Assembly (NCBI GenBank): GCA_046329535.1
Contig: JAXLUN010000001.1
Span: forward strand, 66,856-130,855
DNA from: Chitinophagales bacterium
GTDB lineage: Bacteria; Bacteroidota; Bacteroidia; Chitinophagales; LD1
Direction: 5' to 3'
Length of the DNA: 64,000 bases
Shown here: positions 28,419-39,427 of the stretch, one piece after another
How the letters are laid out: each line of letters begins with the position of its first letter
Position numbering within the stretch: position 1 is the first letter of the stretch
Translations under genes and position numbers: made by a program
The notes under the pieces: model-generated
The model's input: only the letters and a program-made list of their open reading frames with translations
The model's database searches: none
Told to the model about the DNA's origin: nothing

Positions 28419-29312
28419 TTAAGGCAGTTCTACATTTAATATTTCGCTAACAGACTTCCTTATATTTTTGCTAATCTGATCGGTTGGTAAGTCGTTAGCA
28501 TCTTTGCCAAAAGGGTCTTCAATTTCTTCTGCAATCAGTTCTAAACTGGCTAATACATAAAAGATGAAAGCAACTACAGGAACGCAATAATACCCCAGCG
28601 TAAATACCATAGTCAGTGGTAATGACATGACGAAAAAAAAGATGAATTTTTTAAGAAATATACTATATGAATAAGGGATAGGCGTATTCTTGATTCGTTC
28701 ACATGCACCACATATATCGGTGAGTGCCATCAATTCAGGATTTAAATATACCAATTGCTCATTGGTTAACACACCGGAGCAATTCAACTCATGCACACGG
28801 TAAAAAATCAGACGGGCAATATCGTTTGGTAAGTGACGCTCCTGTTTTAGTTTACTTTTATCAATATTCGGATGGGGTAACAGTTCATCAGGCAGAAATG
28901 CGGTGCGCAAATGATTTTTGAGGGCAATGGAATAATTTGAAATAAGTATGGCAAAATATAGTCTCTCTTCATTTTTATTTTCGGTAAAAAGGCCATTTAG
29001 TTTCAATGCCAGATTACGACTGTTGTTAAGCAGACTGCCCCACTGTTTACGGCCTTCCCACCAGCGGTCGTAAGCAGTGTTGGTGCGAAACACCAGCAGC
29101 ATAGAAATGACGAAACTAAGCATGGAATGCATAATCGACAGATTCTTTAAATGCGAACTATCGGTCAGATGAAGGTAGTCATGAAAAAACCATGCAACGA
29201 GGATTGCATATAACGCGATGGAAACAATAATGGGTAACAATTCACGAAATGTATCGGCTTTATGAAAGCGAAAAATAAAGGTGAACCACTCTTTGGGATT
29301 GTAACTAATCAC
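28419..29312 (-). CDS. Bestrophin-family (YneE/UPF0187) ion channel
   Basis: RTNTAYDRWWEGRKQWGSL is the family signature. Four TM segments. GTG start. Confidence 0.8.
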   Translation of the reverse strand: MISYNPKEWFTFIFRFHKADTFRELLPIIVSIALYAILVAWFFHDYLHLTDSSHLKNLSIMHSMLSFVISMLLVFRTNTAYDRWWEGRKQWGSLLNNSRNLALKLNGLFTENKNEERLYFAILISNYSIALKNHLRTAFLPDELLPHPNIDKSKLKQERHLPNDIARLIFYRVHELNCSGVLTNEQLVYLNPELMALTDICGACERIKNTPIPYSYSIFLKKFIFFFVMSLPLTMVFTLGYYCVPVVAFIFYVLASLELIAEEIEDPFGKDANDLPTDQISKNIRKSVSEILNVELP

Positions 29313-29333
29313 GATAGAATATTATTTCAGTGA

Positions 29334-29780
29334 CTATTTAACTTCTATCAGTTCTACATCAAAAATTAAAGTCGCTTTAGCAGGAATAACTGGAGGGCGC
29401 CCCTGTTCTCCGTAAGCCAGAAAATAGGGAATTATCAGTTTAGCTTTTCCTCCAGTTTTCATCAAGGCAATGCCCTCATCCCATCCTTTAATAACCCGAC
29501 CCATCCCCAATTGAAATGAGATTGGCTGATTGCGTTTGTAAGAAGAGTCAAATGTGGTTCCATCAGTTAGTGTGCCGATGTAATGAACTGAAACGTTCCG
29601 ATGTTTTTCTGCCGGTGTACCTGTGCCTTCCAACTCAATTATGTAATGCAAGCCGCTGGATGTGGATTTTGCGGTCGGATAGTTTTTCTGAACAAAAATA
29701 TTGAACTCGGCAATGGCTGCCAGTTGACTTTGCTCTTGACGCTTGCGCATCTCTTCTAATTTCTTTTGGTATTCACTCAT
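29334..29780 (-). CDS. FKBP-type peptidyl-prolyl cis-trans isomerase
   Basis: [16 protein letters not shown]...[12 protein letters not shown]...[15 protein letters not shown]. Confidence 0.9.
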   Translation of the reverse strand: MSEYQKKLEEMRKRQEQSQLAAIAEFNIFVQKNYPTAKSTSSGLHYIIELEGTGTPAEKHRNVSVHYIGTLTDGTTFDSSYKRNQPISFQLGMGRVIKGWDEGIALMKTGGKAKLIIPYFLAYGEQGRPPVIPAKATLIFDVELIEVK

Positions 29781-29913
29781 ACTTTTATGTTTTAAAAAGG
29801 AGGGGGATTTGAAGCCACGAATAACATAAAATTTTCAGTAAGTACAGTAATCAACAGATATTGAAAGGGGGACGTTAACTAGTAACATCTTTCGGTCTAC
29901 AGAAACATGTTAA

Positions 29914-30507
29914 TCACTTCACACGGATCATTTTGGCAGTAGCTATGGATACATGAAACTCCATGTGGTGCAATTGACCGTTTTCAAAATGGTAGACATT
30001 TCTATGTCCATCGCTAGTTTTAAATTCAATGGTGTTAGCATCCGGGTGTTCTACATTCACGAATTCAGCTTCAGCATCGTAGTAGATGCGTTTCATGTTT
30101 TTTACCTGGCCAAAGTAGATTGATGGGATGGAAAACTCTGGCACTTCAGTAAAAACTTTTTTGCCAGCATAGTTGCTTACAACATACACATTGCCTTCTT
30201 TTTTCATTTGCCCCCAGCGACTTATCTTTCCTCCTTCCATCTCTTTATAGCTTGTGGCAATCAACTTACCGGCTTTGAATGTAAATTCATAATGCGAATA
30301 ATTATCGCGGTTTATCCAGAGTATTTTAGCTTTAGAAGCACTTTCTACTACATAAAATTCGGTGCCATCTGGTTTAGTTTCACGAGTGATGGTCATTTCA
30401 CCAATCTTATCGCCAAACAACTGAATCTCGTACTTCTGCATTTCAATAGCTGTAGGTGGCGAAACTCCCGCAGTCAATAACAGGAAAAGGAGGTGAATAA
30501 TACGCAT
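29914..30507 (-). CDS. Hypothetical secreted protein
   Basis: A 197-aa ORF with a signal peptide. No family recognised with confidence. Confidence 0.6.
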   Translation of the reverse strand: MRIIHLLFLLLTAGVSPPTAIEMQKYEIQLFGDKIGEMTITRETKPDGTEFYVVESASKAKILWINRDNYSHYEFTFKAGKLIATSYKEMEGGKISRWGQMKKEGNVYVVSNYAGKKVFTEVPEFSIPSIYFGQVKNMKRIYYDAEAEFVNVEHPDANTIEFKTSDGHRNVYHFENGQLHHMEFHVSIATAKMIRVK

Positions 30508-30649
30508 GTGATTGAAGGGTGCAAGTATAACACTTGGTAATAATAGTTTGTTCGGAAATTTGGATGTGTTAAGGTATAGGGATATTTAGTTAATCGTATT
30601 GAACATATCAAATTTTAGAGTATGCTTCAATTTATTAGTCATCAAAATA

Positions 30650-30684
30650 CCCCTGCCAATATCTGAATCTGATATGGACAGGGG
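30650..30684 (-). terminator. Terminator hairpin downstream of the SprB-repeat gene
   Basis: CCCCTGCCAATATC / GATATGGACAGGGG forms 12 of 14 pairs with a 7-nt loop. On the minus strand it is followed by TATTTTGAT. Confidence 0.55.
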
Positions 30685-30704
30685 TAAAGAATGAAGGATA
30701 GCTT

Positions 30705-33700
30705 TTACTCCACGACTAATTTTCCCACAGCCTGTTGCTTTTTGCCGGTGCTAATGCGATAAAAGTAAACGCCTGTCGACAGCTCATCGCGGTTTATTTC
30801 AAATTGTTTGTTGTTTACCTGTATCACCTGTTTACGTATACGGCCGGTTATGTCTAATAGGGTAAAGTCGAAGTTGTCTTTTAGCCCGCTTACTACAACA
30901 TTGGTGCTTTCGCTGAACGGATTCGGAAATGCGCTTACGGTAACTCCGTTATCGCCACGTACTTCAAACACATAATTCGGGTCGGCCAGGTGGTTGGTAA
31001 CGGTGTTGGTTACTACGGGCGTATTGTAGTCGAAGTAAATCGAAGCGGTGTTGCTGATAGGTGTACCAATAGACAGGTTTTTCTTTTTCTGAATACTAAA
31101 GGTTACAAAGCCTTTGCTGGCGGGTTCGTTGGTGGCACTATCTACCAGATAGATAGGATTAAACACCCAGGTTAAGATGCCGCTGCCCGATATATTAAAC
31201 TCGGCATACTCATGGCTGCTGGCCAGGTTGCGAACTGTAACAGGGTCCAGGTTGGTATCTAGAGTATCTTTCAATATCACAAACCAGGTGGTGTCGGTGC
31301 CGGTGTTTTGAAAGTGTATGGTATAGGTAAGCACCGAATCTTTCTCGTAAATATCACCGGCTGGTAATACCTGTTTTTCGTTGGGGTCGAGTGAGCTGGT
31401 CACTAACTCGGAGTAGTGCTGATGATTATTACTTGAATCGCAATCGCCCGAGGTGGGGAATATGTAAAAGTCGCTTTGCAGGTGGTAGCCTGCAGGTAAA
31501 CTGGCGGGCACCGTGAAATGGCAGTTGCCTCTTCTATCCCAGCCTCCTACTCCCGTTACATTCCATGTTAAGGTATGCGCTGACACATCGTGAACAGGCA
31601 GTGGTGGTGCCGATGACTGGTAAATCAGGTTATTGTCGTATTTAAACACCACTGTAGCCGGGCCGTTGTAGGCCTGTTGGCTTTGGTTGAAGTAATATAT
31701 CCAGTAGTCTTTCGGAAAGCCAGGATTAGCCGAAGTCCATCCCGGATGTAAGGCCAAATCGAAACCAGTGAGGCCGGTGAAGCCGAAGTTCTGGATAGCG
31801 GTATTATTAAATGTATGGAATGTAACTGTTGGATTGGCATTGCCACACGGGCTTATGTTGCTGCAAGAAGTGTATCCATAAGCATAAATATGAATGGTGA
31901 AGGTGCCTGTATCGTGCACCTCAATATTATAGGTGCCGTTGACACCTGCATAACCATAAGCCGTAATGGTGCCGTTGGTTGCTGTAACGGTATATCCCGA
32001 CAGGCCGGCATCGGTTCCGTCCAGGGTGCAATTGCTGTTGTTATCGGTAAAGATGGTGCCGGTAATAGTATTATAGCAGGTGCTTTGCAAAAAGCCATTG
32101 CCCGTAGTGGTGCAGCCGCCTGCATCGGTTACGGTAACGCTGTAAGTGCCCGCTGCAAGGCCGCTGGCTGTTGGGGTGGTTTGGTTATTGCTCCATAAAT
32201 AGCTATAGGGCGGTGTGGCCCCATACGGATAAGCCGTAATTGCCCCGTTGCTGTTGCCGCAGTTAGGGCTGGCGTAGTTACCCAAGTAAACATAATAGCC
32301 ATAGCTGCTGAAAGCAATGTTAGAGGTGTTGACCACTACGCAGCCCGTATTGTCGGTTACGGTAAAGGTGTACAGGCCGGGCGCCAGGTTAGTGGCTACC
32401 TGGGTTGTCTGTACAGGGTTGGTGCCCCAGGCATAGCTGTAAGGTGACACGCCACCAGTGGCTACAATGGTAGCACTGCCCACTCCGCCATTGACGCACG
32501 ATGCTGTGGTGCCATACGCATAAGCGGTAAAGGAGTTGGTTGATTGCAGCGTAATGCTCTTAACTACCGTGCAGCCTGTACTATCGGTAATGGTTACGGT
32601 GTAGGTGCCTGTGGTCAGGTTGTAAAGGGTATCGTTGGTAGAAGTATTACTCCACAGGTAGAAGTAAGGAGCCGAGCCATTAAATGGCAGGGCAAACACA
32701 GAACCTGATGATGGACTGCCACAGGTGGGTTGCTGATAAACATATAACTGAGCGTTTAAGCCATTGTTGAGAATTGTATCATTTAAGCTGTTACCGCAGC
32801 CTAACCCATCGTAATAGATGATTGTGTAAACTCCGGCCTGAGTGTAAATATGATTATTGATGAAGTTAGGATTAGAAGATTCCTGCGCCCCATCGCCCCA
32901 GTCAATAGTATAAGTGCCTGTGCCGTTTAGAATGGTGAGTGTGGCATTACTTTGCAGGTTTTGGCAATCTATATCATTACCCGTAAATGTAGCCGTAACT
33001 CCCGATAGTGGACTGTTCACCGTAGCACTGGCACTGGCCGTGCATCCGTTAGCATCGGTTAAGGTAAGTATATAGGTACCTGCTGAAAGGCCATTGGGAT
33101 TCTGCACCGTACTTCCGTTAGACCACATATAGGTATAAGGTGCACTGCCTCCGGTTATGCTGGCAGTTATAGTTCCATCGGTACCACCACACATGGTTAC
33201 ATCCATGGTAGTTAAGCTGACTGTCACAGGTATTGGTTCCAGTACCGTAAAGCAATTAGTGGCTGAACAGGCATTGGCATCTACCACCGTTACACAATAT
33301 ACCCCCGTAGGCAGGTTAAAGGCATTGGTGGTCACCATGCCATTGTTCCACATGTAGGTATAAGCCGGGGTGCCGCCCTGCGCTATCACAAATATGGAAC
33401 CTGAAGCTGTGCCAAAGCATTGCGCATTGGTAGCCTGACCACTAACAATTATAGGTGTTGGTTCGGTTATGTTGAAGGTAAGGGTATCTAAAGGCAGATA
33501 ACCCGGGTCTAATACCGTAACACTGTAGGTGCCGGCACAAAACCCCTGCGCCAGAACGGATGTGTCGCCCGTACTCCATTGGTAAAAGTAGTTGCCGGAA
33601 GGGCTTACCTGGGCAGTGCCGTTGCAGGCTCCGTTGCAGGTTACATTGGTGGTATTAACGGTAAATTGGGCATAGGTGGCCGATAAGGCCAACAAGTTTA

Positions 33701-33728
33701 CAAACAGGGCGAGGAAAACTTTTTTCAT
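30705..33728 (-). CDS. T9SS cargo: SprB-repeat adhesin-like protein with a type-A C-terminal sorting domain
   Basis: A signal peptide is followed by about seven ~75-aa repeats (C.G...G.I......G..PY.Y.W.......L..G.Y.V.V.D..GC). The C-terminus FPNPFSE...GVYFYRI...GKLVVE is typical of a T9SS CTD. Confidence 0.9.
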   Translation of the reverse strand: MKKVFLALFVNLLALSATYAQFTVNTTNVTCNGACNGTAQVSPSGNYFYQWSTGDTSVLAQGFCAGTYSVTVLDPGYLPLDTLTFNITEPTPIIVSGQATNAQCFGTASGSIFVIAQGGTPAYTYMWNNGMVTTNAFNLPTGVYCVTVVDANACSATNCFTVLEPIPVTVSLTTMDVTMCGGTDGTITASITGGSAPYTYMWSNGSTVQNPNGLSAGTYILTLTDANGCTASASATVNSPLSGVTATFTGNDIDCQNLQSNATLTILNGTGTYTIDWGDGAQESSNPNFINNHIYTQAGVYTIIYYDGLGCGNSLNDTILNNGLNAQLYVYQQPTCGSPSSGSVFALPFNGSAPYFYLWSNTSTNDTLYNLTTGTYTVTITDSTGCTVVKSITLQSTNSFTAYAYGTTASCVNGGVGSATIVATGGVSPYSYAWGTNPVQTTQVATNLAPGLYTFTVTDNTGCVVVNTSNIAFSSYGYYVYLGNYASPNCGNSNGAITAYPYGATPPYSYLWSNNQTTPTASGLAAGTYSVTVTDAGGCTTTGNGFLQSTCYNTITGTIFTDNNSNCTLDGTDAGLSGYTVTATNGTITAYGYAGVNGTYNIEVHDTGTFTIHIYAYGYTSCSNISPCGNANPTVTFHTFNNTAIQNFGFTGLTGFDLALHPGWTSANPGFPKDYWIYYFNQSQQAYNGPATVVFKYDNNLIYQSSAPPLPVHDVSAHTLTWNVTGVGGWDRRGNCHFTVPASLPAGYHLQSDFYIFPTSGDCDSSNNHQHYSELVTSSLDPNEKQVLPAGDIYEKDSVLTYTIHFQNTGTDTTWFVILKDTLDTNLDPVTVRNLASSHEYAEFNISGSGILTWVFNPIYLVDSATNEPASKGFVTFSIQKKKNLSIGTPISNTASIYFDYNTPVVTNTVTNHLADPNYVFEVRGDNGVTVSAFPNPFSESTNVVVSGLKDNFDFTLLDITGRIRKQVIQVNNKQFEINRDELSTGVYFYRISTGKKQQAVGKLVVE

Positions 33729-33927
33729 GGGGATATGGTTTAATGTGTGGTGCTGATTAGATACGACTTATGTGTAATTGGTTGCATATCGTGTTAGAGG
33801 GATTTTTATCCTACCATTTATCTATTATTTAGCCAAATGATGATAGCCTCTGACAAACGTGATAAATGCTTGGCCAAATTTATACCGATACAATCTGTTG
33901 AGTGATGCAGCCGGTAGTTAAGTGAGC

Positions 33928-35100
33928 CTACTCTTGCTGTAGATCAGATACTAGAAGTAATAACAGTGTAGCTAAACAGACTCCCGCAGCACTGACGATA
34001 AATACTGCATCGGGCGATATAAATTTCCAGATAAGCCCGGCTAGTGTACTGGCTAAAAGGGCCATTAGGGAGTTAAGCCCTGCAAAGGTACCAATAGCAG
34101 AGGCGGTATCCGTTCTGGGAACCATATTACTGACTAATGCTTTCGCTATACCCTCACCACTGGCTGCGGAAATGCCATAGAGTATAAAGAGCATCATGAA
34201 GCCTTCTATAGAAGTATTCATACCAAAGCCCGCATACACTAACGCAAATAATGCAAAGCTGAAAATCAGAGTTTTTTTCATTCCATACTTATCGGCCAGA
34301 TGTCCGAAAGGGAACGCAGCAAGGGCCGTTACCAGATTATAGAGTATGTAGGCACTAATAATATAGGTATCATTCCACCCGCATTGTTTCATGCGCATAA
34401 GCAGAAACATATCTGAACTATTGAATAACGCAAACAACAACAAAACGGCTATCAAATTTTTATAAGCAACCGGGGCTTTTTGTAAATAGCTGAATGTTTG
34501 AGATAGCTTAAAGGTTATCTTGTTTTTTGCCGGCTCATGTTTTTTCTCTCTAATAATCAATGTCAGTATAGCTCCGGCCAAGCCAGGTATAAATGCAAGC
34601 AGGAATAGAATCTTGTATTGTGCCGGATAAAACATGAGAAAAAGCAGCGCAAGTGCCGGACCTATAGCAGCTCCCAGAGTATCCATACCCCGGTGAAAGC
34701 CGAATACTTTGCCTTTGTTTTGGGGTGTGCATTCATCCGATAAAATTGCATCGCGGGCACCTGTTCGAAGGCCTTTCCCCAGTCTGTCTAAAGTGCGTGC
34801 ACCGAAAATCCAAATAGGATAAGTGAAGACTGCCATGAGTGGTTTAGAAACAGCACTAAGCAAATAGCCCCATTGAACAAACGGAGCACGTTTACCTGTT
34901 AAATCACTAAGCCGGCCAAAGTAGCCTTTGCTTAGCCCCGCAGTAGCTTCGGCCATTCCTTCCAGCAAACCAATCCAAACGGATGAAAAGCCTATTGAGG
35001 ACAAAAAAAGCGGCATAACAGGATAAAGCATCTCGCTCGATATATCCGTAAACAGGCTTACCAGAGATAGGATCCACATGGTGCGGGTAAGGTAGTTCAT
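33928..35100 (-). CDS. MFS transporter
   Basis: 390 aa with about 12 TM segments and an MFS loop motif GRLSDLTGKR. Confidence 0.8.
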   Translation of the reverse strand: MNYLTRTMWILSLVSLFTDISSEMLYPVMPLFLSSIGFSSVWIGLLEGMAEATAGLSKGYFGRLSDLTGKRAPFVQWGYLLSAVSKPLMAVFTYPIWIFGARTLDRLGKGLRTGARDAILSDECTPQNKGKVFGFHRGMDTLGAAIGPALALLFLMFYPAQYKILFLLAFIPGLAGAILTLIIREKKHEPAKNKITFKLSQTFSYLQKAPVAYKNLIAVLLLFALFNSSDMFLLMRMKQCGWNDTYIISAYILYNLVTALAAFPFGHLADKYGMKKTLIFSFALFALVYAGFGMNTSIEGFMMLFILYGISAASGEGIAKALVSNMVPRTDTASAIGTFAGLNSLMALLASTLAGLIWKFISPDAVFIVSAAGVCLATLLLLLVSDLQQE

Positions 35101-35102
35101 GC

Positions 35103-35729
35103 TTACAGGTAATTCAGCACAGTATCAAATTCCGTATTCAGTACCTCCACTATAAATTGATAATCTTTTTTTAAATCAACATAATTCAGGTTGGCAGTGT
35201 CAACCAATACAATCCTTGATTGGGTTTGTTGTTTAAAAAAATCGAGATAGGCGGCTTGTATTTTTTCCAGGTATTCACCCGGTATGTTTTGTTCGTATTC
35301 ACGGCCACGTGTTTTGATGTTTTTCAGCAGCTTGTCTATCGGGGTATAAAGGTATAAAGTGATATCCGGTTTGGGTAAAGAGGGATTGATGATATCAAAT
35401 AGGGAACGGTAAAGCTTGGCCTCATCTTCATTCAGATTCTGTGTGGCAAAAATTAAACTCTTTTGAAACAGGAAGTCTGAAACGGTAAATGATTTAAAAA
35501 TATCGGCCTGACTTAAAAGTGAGTTTAAATGTTGAAACCTCTCAGCCATGAAAAACAATTCTACAGGAAAAGCATGACGTGCCGGATCCTCGTAAAACTT
35601 AGGTAAAAACGGATTGTTTTCAAACTCTTCCAGAATCAGTTTACCATTAAAGTCAGCAGCAATTTTCTTTGAGAGCGTGGTTTTTCCAGCTCCTATGCAT
35701 CCTTCAATAGTTATAAAGTTATATCTCAC
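35103..35729 (-). CDS. Deoxynucleoside kinase
   Basis: ITIEGCIGAGKTTL P-loop, with dNK-like length and layout. GTG start. Confidence 0.8.
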   Translation of the reverse strand: MRYNFITIEGCIGAGKTTLSKKIAADFNGKLILEEFENNPFLPKFYEDPARHAFPVELFFMAERFQHLNSLLSQADIFKSFTVSDFLFQKSLIFATQNLNEDEAKLYRSLFDIINPSLPKPDITLYLYTPIDKLLKNIKTRGREYEQNIPGEYLEKIQAAYLDFFKQQTQSRIVLVDTANLNYVDLKKDYQFIVEVLNTEFDTVLNYL

Positions 35730-35851
35730 CGTGCAAGTTTACATTTTTTCAGTTCATTGGTTATATCCGTCATGGAGAACAATGTAATTGGGGAACAATT
35801 CCACGTGCCGAACATGAAGTTTTCTATATTTAGCCGTCAATAAAAACCACG

Positions 35852-37527
35852 ATGAAAGATTTGTTCAGAAAGAAAAATGTGGCCAAGGTTCTGGCCGATG
35901 CGGAGGCTGGATTGAGCGATGCGCACAAAACTGGCGGAATGAATCGAACCCTGACTGTTAAGGATTTGACAGCTTTTGGTATTGCGGCTATTGTGGGGGC
36001 AGGTATTTTTTCAACCATAGGTAAAGCGAGTTTTGATGGCGGGCCGGGCATTATTTTTCTGTTTTTGTTTGTGTCGGTAGCCTGCGGTTTTTCTGCACTA
36101 TGCTATGCCGAGTTTGCCAGTATGGTTCCGGTGAGTGGTAGTGCTTACACTTATTCTTATGTAGCCTTTGGTGAGTTGATTGCCTGGATAATTGGGTGGG
36201 ATTTGCTGATGGAATATGCTATCGGTAATATTGCCGTAGCAATTTCATGGAGCGATTACTTTACCGGATTGTTAGATGGCTTTGGCCTTCACATTCCGGC
36301 CTATCTTACCATGGATTACTGGACAGCCAAAGAAATGGTTAGTGAAGCAGCAAAGCTGGCTTGGCAAACCGCACCATCATTAGGCGATTTTAAACTCATT
36401 TGCGATTTACCGGCTTTTGCCATCGTGGTGCTAATAACATACATTACCTATCGCGGCATACAGGAATCTAAAAACTCAGCGAATCTGATGGTGGCCTTAA
36501 AACTTGGGGTAATATTAATGGTAATAGTGTTGGGGGCCTTTTATGTGCAGCCGCAAAACTGGCACCCATTTATGCCGAATGGAATAGGAGGGGTGCTGAA
36601 AGGAACAGCAGCTGTTTTCTTTGCGTATATCGGTTTCGATGCAATTTCCACCACAGCCGAAGAGTGTAAGAATCCACAGCGCGATTTACCCCGCGGAATG
36701 ATTTATGCATTAGTAATCTGCATGATTATTTATGTGCTGATAGCCTTAGCATTACCGGTATGGTAAATTATACCAAACTGGATGTAGGTGATCCTCTCTC
36801 GTTTGTGTTTAAAGAGGTCAATCTCAACTGGATTGCTGGCATTGTTGCCATCAGTGCGGTCATTGCAACGGCCAGTGTATTATTGGTGTTTCAGCTAGGT
36901 CAACCTCGCATTTGGATGAGCATGAGCCGGGATGGCTTGCTGCCCCCTGTTTTTTCACGCATCCATCCTAAATATAAAACACCATCTTTTTCTACCATTC
37001 TTACAGGTATCGTAGTGGCTGTTCCTGCACTTTTTTTAAACATGAACGTAGTGATAGACTTAACTAGCGTAGGAACGTTGTTTGCCTTTGTGCTGGTTTG
37101 CGGAGGAATTTTAAAGTTACAAGCAGATGGCAATACGACAGAACGAAAATTCAAGACACCGTATGTAAACGCCAAATATATTATGCCCTTCTTGCTTGTT
37201 TTTTCTGCTGCAATGCTATGGTTGTTTAATCCCGATGGAGTAACTGGTTTTTTCAATATGCAGGCACAAGATGCTCAGTCTGGTACATGGGCTGTTTTAA
37301 GAACCAAAATTCCTTATGCTGCATTTGCCCTTCTTTCCTTAATTGTTACAGTATTATCATTTCTGAAAAACCTTTCTCTAATTCCCGTATTAGGTCTATT
37401 ATCATGCAGTTATCTGCTTTGTGAATCGGGAACTTCTAACTGGGAACGCTTTTTAGTTTGGTTACTGATAGGTTTTGTAGTGTATTTTGCTTATGGGTAT
37501 AAAAATAGTAAGCTTTCTGTATCTTAA
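35852..37527 (+). pseudogene. APC-family (cationic amino-acid transporter-like) permease split by a 1-nt frameshift
   Basis: ORFs 35852..36766 and 36760..37527 are the N- and C-terminal halves of one permease. They overlap by 7 nt in different frames. Adding one base near 36751-36757 would read ...IALAL-x-GMVNYTKLDVGDP..., the usual continuous TM-loop sequence. Confidence 0.7.
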
Positions 37528-37536
37528 ATCAAATTC

Positions 37537-38067
37537 ATGAAAAAAGTCGGTTTGTCACTTTGGACAACCTTTATATGGCTATGTGTTTCTATGTCAGCCT
37601 TGGCGCAGGACTCGACATTAGTCTATCCGGATGATATTAATCGATCAACTGTAGATTCTTTTTATTTAGTACGAACTATTGATTTGGCCAAAACTGATAA
37701 ACCTGAATTATATTTCGAAATTTTCAGATGGTATAAAACCTGTTACCGGTATGGCGGTGGAACTGGTAAAGGTATCGATTGTTCGCATTTTGTGAATATG
37801 TTGTACGAGAAAATTTACAGGAAGAAATTGAACAATAGTTCCGCCTCTATTTATCCGCAATGCACTCCGATTAAGGATGGACTGGATAATGCTGTTGAAG
37901 GGGATTTACTTTTCTTTAAAATCAAGCGGGGGCGCATTTCTCATATTGCAATCTATCTGCAACACGGAAAATTTGCACATGCCTCTACACAATCCGGTGT
38001 CATTATCAGCGATATTAATGAACATTATTACAAGAAACATTTCTATCGGGCAGGTCGAGTAAATTAA
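37537..38067 (+). CDS. NlpC/P60 (C40) family peptidase
   Basis: A signal peptide, catalytic GIDCSHFV, and a downstream ISHIAIYL...HAS. Confidence 0.85.
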   Translation: MKKVGLSLWTTFIWLCVSMSALAQDSTLVYPDDINRSTVDSFYLVRTIDLAKTDKPELYFEIFRWYKTCYRYGGGTGKGIDCSHFVNMLYEKIYRKKLNNSSASIYPQCTPIKDGLDNAVEGDLLFFKIKRGRISHIAIYLQHGKFAHASTQSGVIISDINEHYYKKHFYRAGRVN

Positions 38068-38126
38068 TATTCTGAAATTATTAATTCATGTGCAGCTAAA
38101 TAAAACTAAGTTCGGTTAGATCTACA

Positions 38127-39323
38127 TTATTGTTTCCCCTCGGATAGTTGTATCTCCATCAGTCGTTCCAATTCATGATACTCTAGGTTAAAAAGCGCTT
38201 TCAGGTTTTTTATTTGCTTCAGAATATCGGGCTGGGGCAGTTTTGCATCGGTGCGTGTTTTTACAGCTGCAATCATTACATTTTTGGGAGTATGCTCAGT
38301 ACTGATAAACTCAAAAACTTTGGTTTTATATCCATAAGCCTCCAATATCAATGCACGAATCGTATCGGTTAGTATCTCAGCTTGCCTTTCTTCCAATATA
38401 CCGAATCTGGTAATGGCTTTTAAATCGTTGGATGGATGTATCGATTGACGAACCTGTTTATGACAACATGGAGCACAAATAATCACCTTCGCGTTAGTCT
38501 TTATACCCTGACAAATGGCTTGGTCGGTTGCTACATCACATGCATGCAGCGCAATAAGCATATCGGTATTCGGTAGATAGGCATGGTTAATGGAGCCTGC
38601 TTCAAAATGAAGCTGATTATATCCCGCTTCTTGTGCTATCTGATTACATCGCTCCACCAGCTCCTGACGAAGCTCAATTCCGGTAATTTGAGGTTTTAGC
38701 TGTAATACATTACTCAGATAATCGTACAGCGCGAATGTCAGGTACCCTTTCCCTGAACCCATATCGGCAACATGAAAAGAGGGTTGAAGGTTGGCCTCTT
38801 TTACAATGCTGTCTACTACTTCAACGTATTTGTTAATTTGCTTGAACTTGTCTTGTTTATCGGCTTTCACTTTGCCTTCTGTTGTTGTTACACCCAAAGC
38901 CCGTAGGTAAACATTGTGTTCCGCCAGAATGTAGCGTTTCTTCTCCTTGTTGTGAGTCAAAGCGGGCTTCTCTCTCTCTGAATTGTTTCTTTGAGTAAGA
39001 ACGCTCTTTTCACTTTTCGTAATATTCAGGTGGTATTCCTTTGAAATAGTAAATAAATCGGCTTTGTAAAAATCTTTCTGCAACATATGCTCAATCATGG
39101 ATAGGGCTTCAACTACCTGATAGTTTTTGGTTACATCCTTGGTTGGGTAACGATATACAAAAGAAAGCATATAACCTGCTTTTAGTAAAACTGGCTTAAT
39201 AAATACATTCTTTAGTTCGTTTGTTTTGTATCGTCTGTCGCTAAGTGTCAGTTTTGTGAATTGTTGCTGGTGAATGCTCTCTTGGAGTTCGGAACGAAAT
39301 GAATGGAGCGCAGAATCTTGCAT
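38127..39323 (-). CDS. Class I SAM-dependent methyltransferase (Methyltransf_32-like)
   Basis: SAM motif VADMGSGKGYLT and a downstream ALHACD...CAPCCH cysteine cluster. Confidence 0.75.
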   Translation of the reverse strand: MQDSALHSFRSELQESIHQQQFTKLTLSDRRYKTNELKNVFIKPVLLKAGYMLSFVYRYPTKDVTKNYQVVEALSMIEHMLQKDFYKADLFTISKEYHLNITKSEKSVLTQRNNSEREKPALTHNKEKKRYILAEHNVYLRALGVTTTEGKVKADKQDKFKQINKYVEVVDSIVKEANLQPSFHVADMGSGKGYLTFALYDYLSNVLQLKPQITGIELRQELVERCNQIAQEAGYNQLHFEAGSINHAYLPNTDMLIALHACDVATDQAICQGIKTNAKVIICAPCCHKQVRQSIHPSNDLKAITRFGILEERQAEILTDTIRALILEAYGYKTKVFEFISTEHTPKNVMIAAVKTRTDAKLPQPDILKQIKNLKALFNLEYHELERLMEIQLSEGKQ

Positions 39324-39427
39324 GCGAAATATTTGCGCAATGATAGAGCATTTGGATTAACATCCTGCAGATGATTTGATAAGTTAAATGGCAGGAATAA
39401 TCAGTCTATTCCATATTATTGCTGACC

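Noticed and set aside
30990-33357. Antisense or alternative-frame ORFs inside the SprB-repeat gene (31815..32198 at 127 aa, 31853..32125, 32129..32317, 31625..31846, 33157..33357, 30990..31175)
   Set aside because: They are fully embedded in a 1007-aa gene with clear repeat, signal-peptide and T9SS CTD structure. Long spurious ORFs are expected in GC-rich, stop-poor repeats.
36740-36770. Programmed ribosomal frameshifting in the split permease
   Set aside because: There is no slippery heptamer, no downstream stem-loop or pseudoknot, and no known precedent for this family. A simple indel or a sequencing error is more parsimonious.
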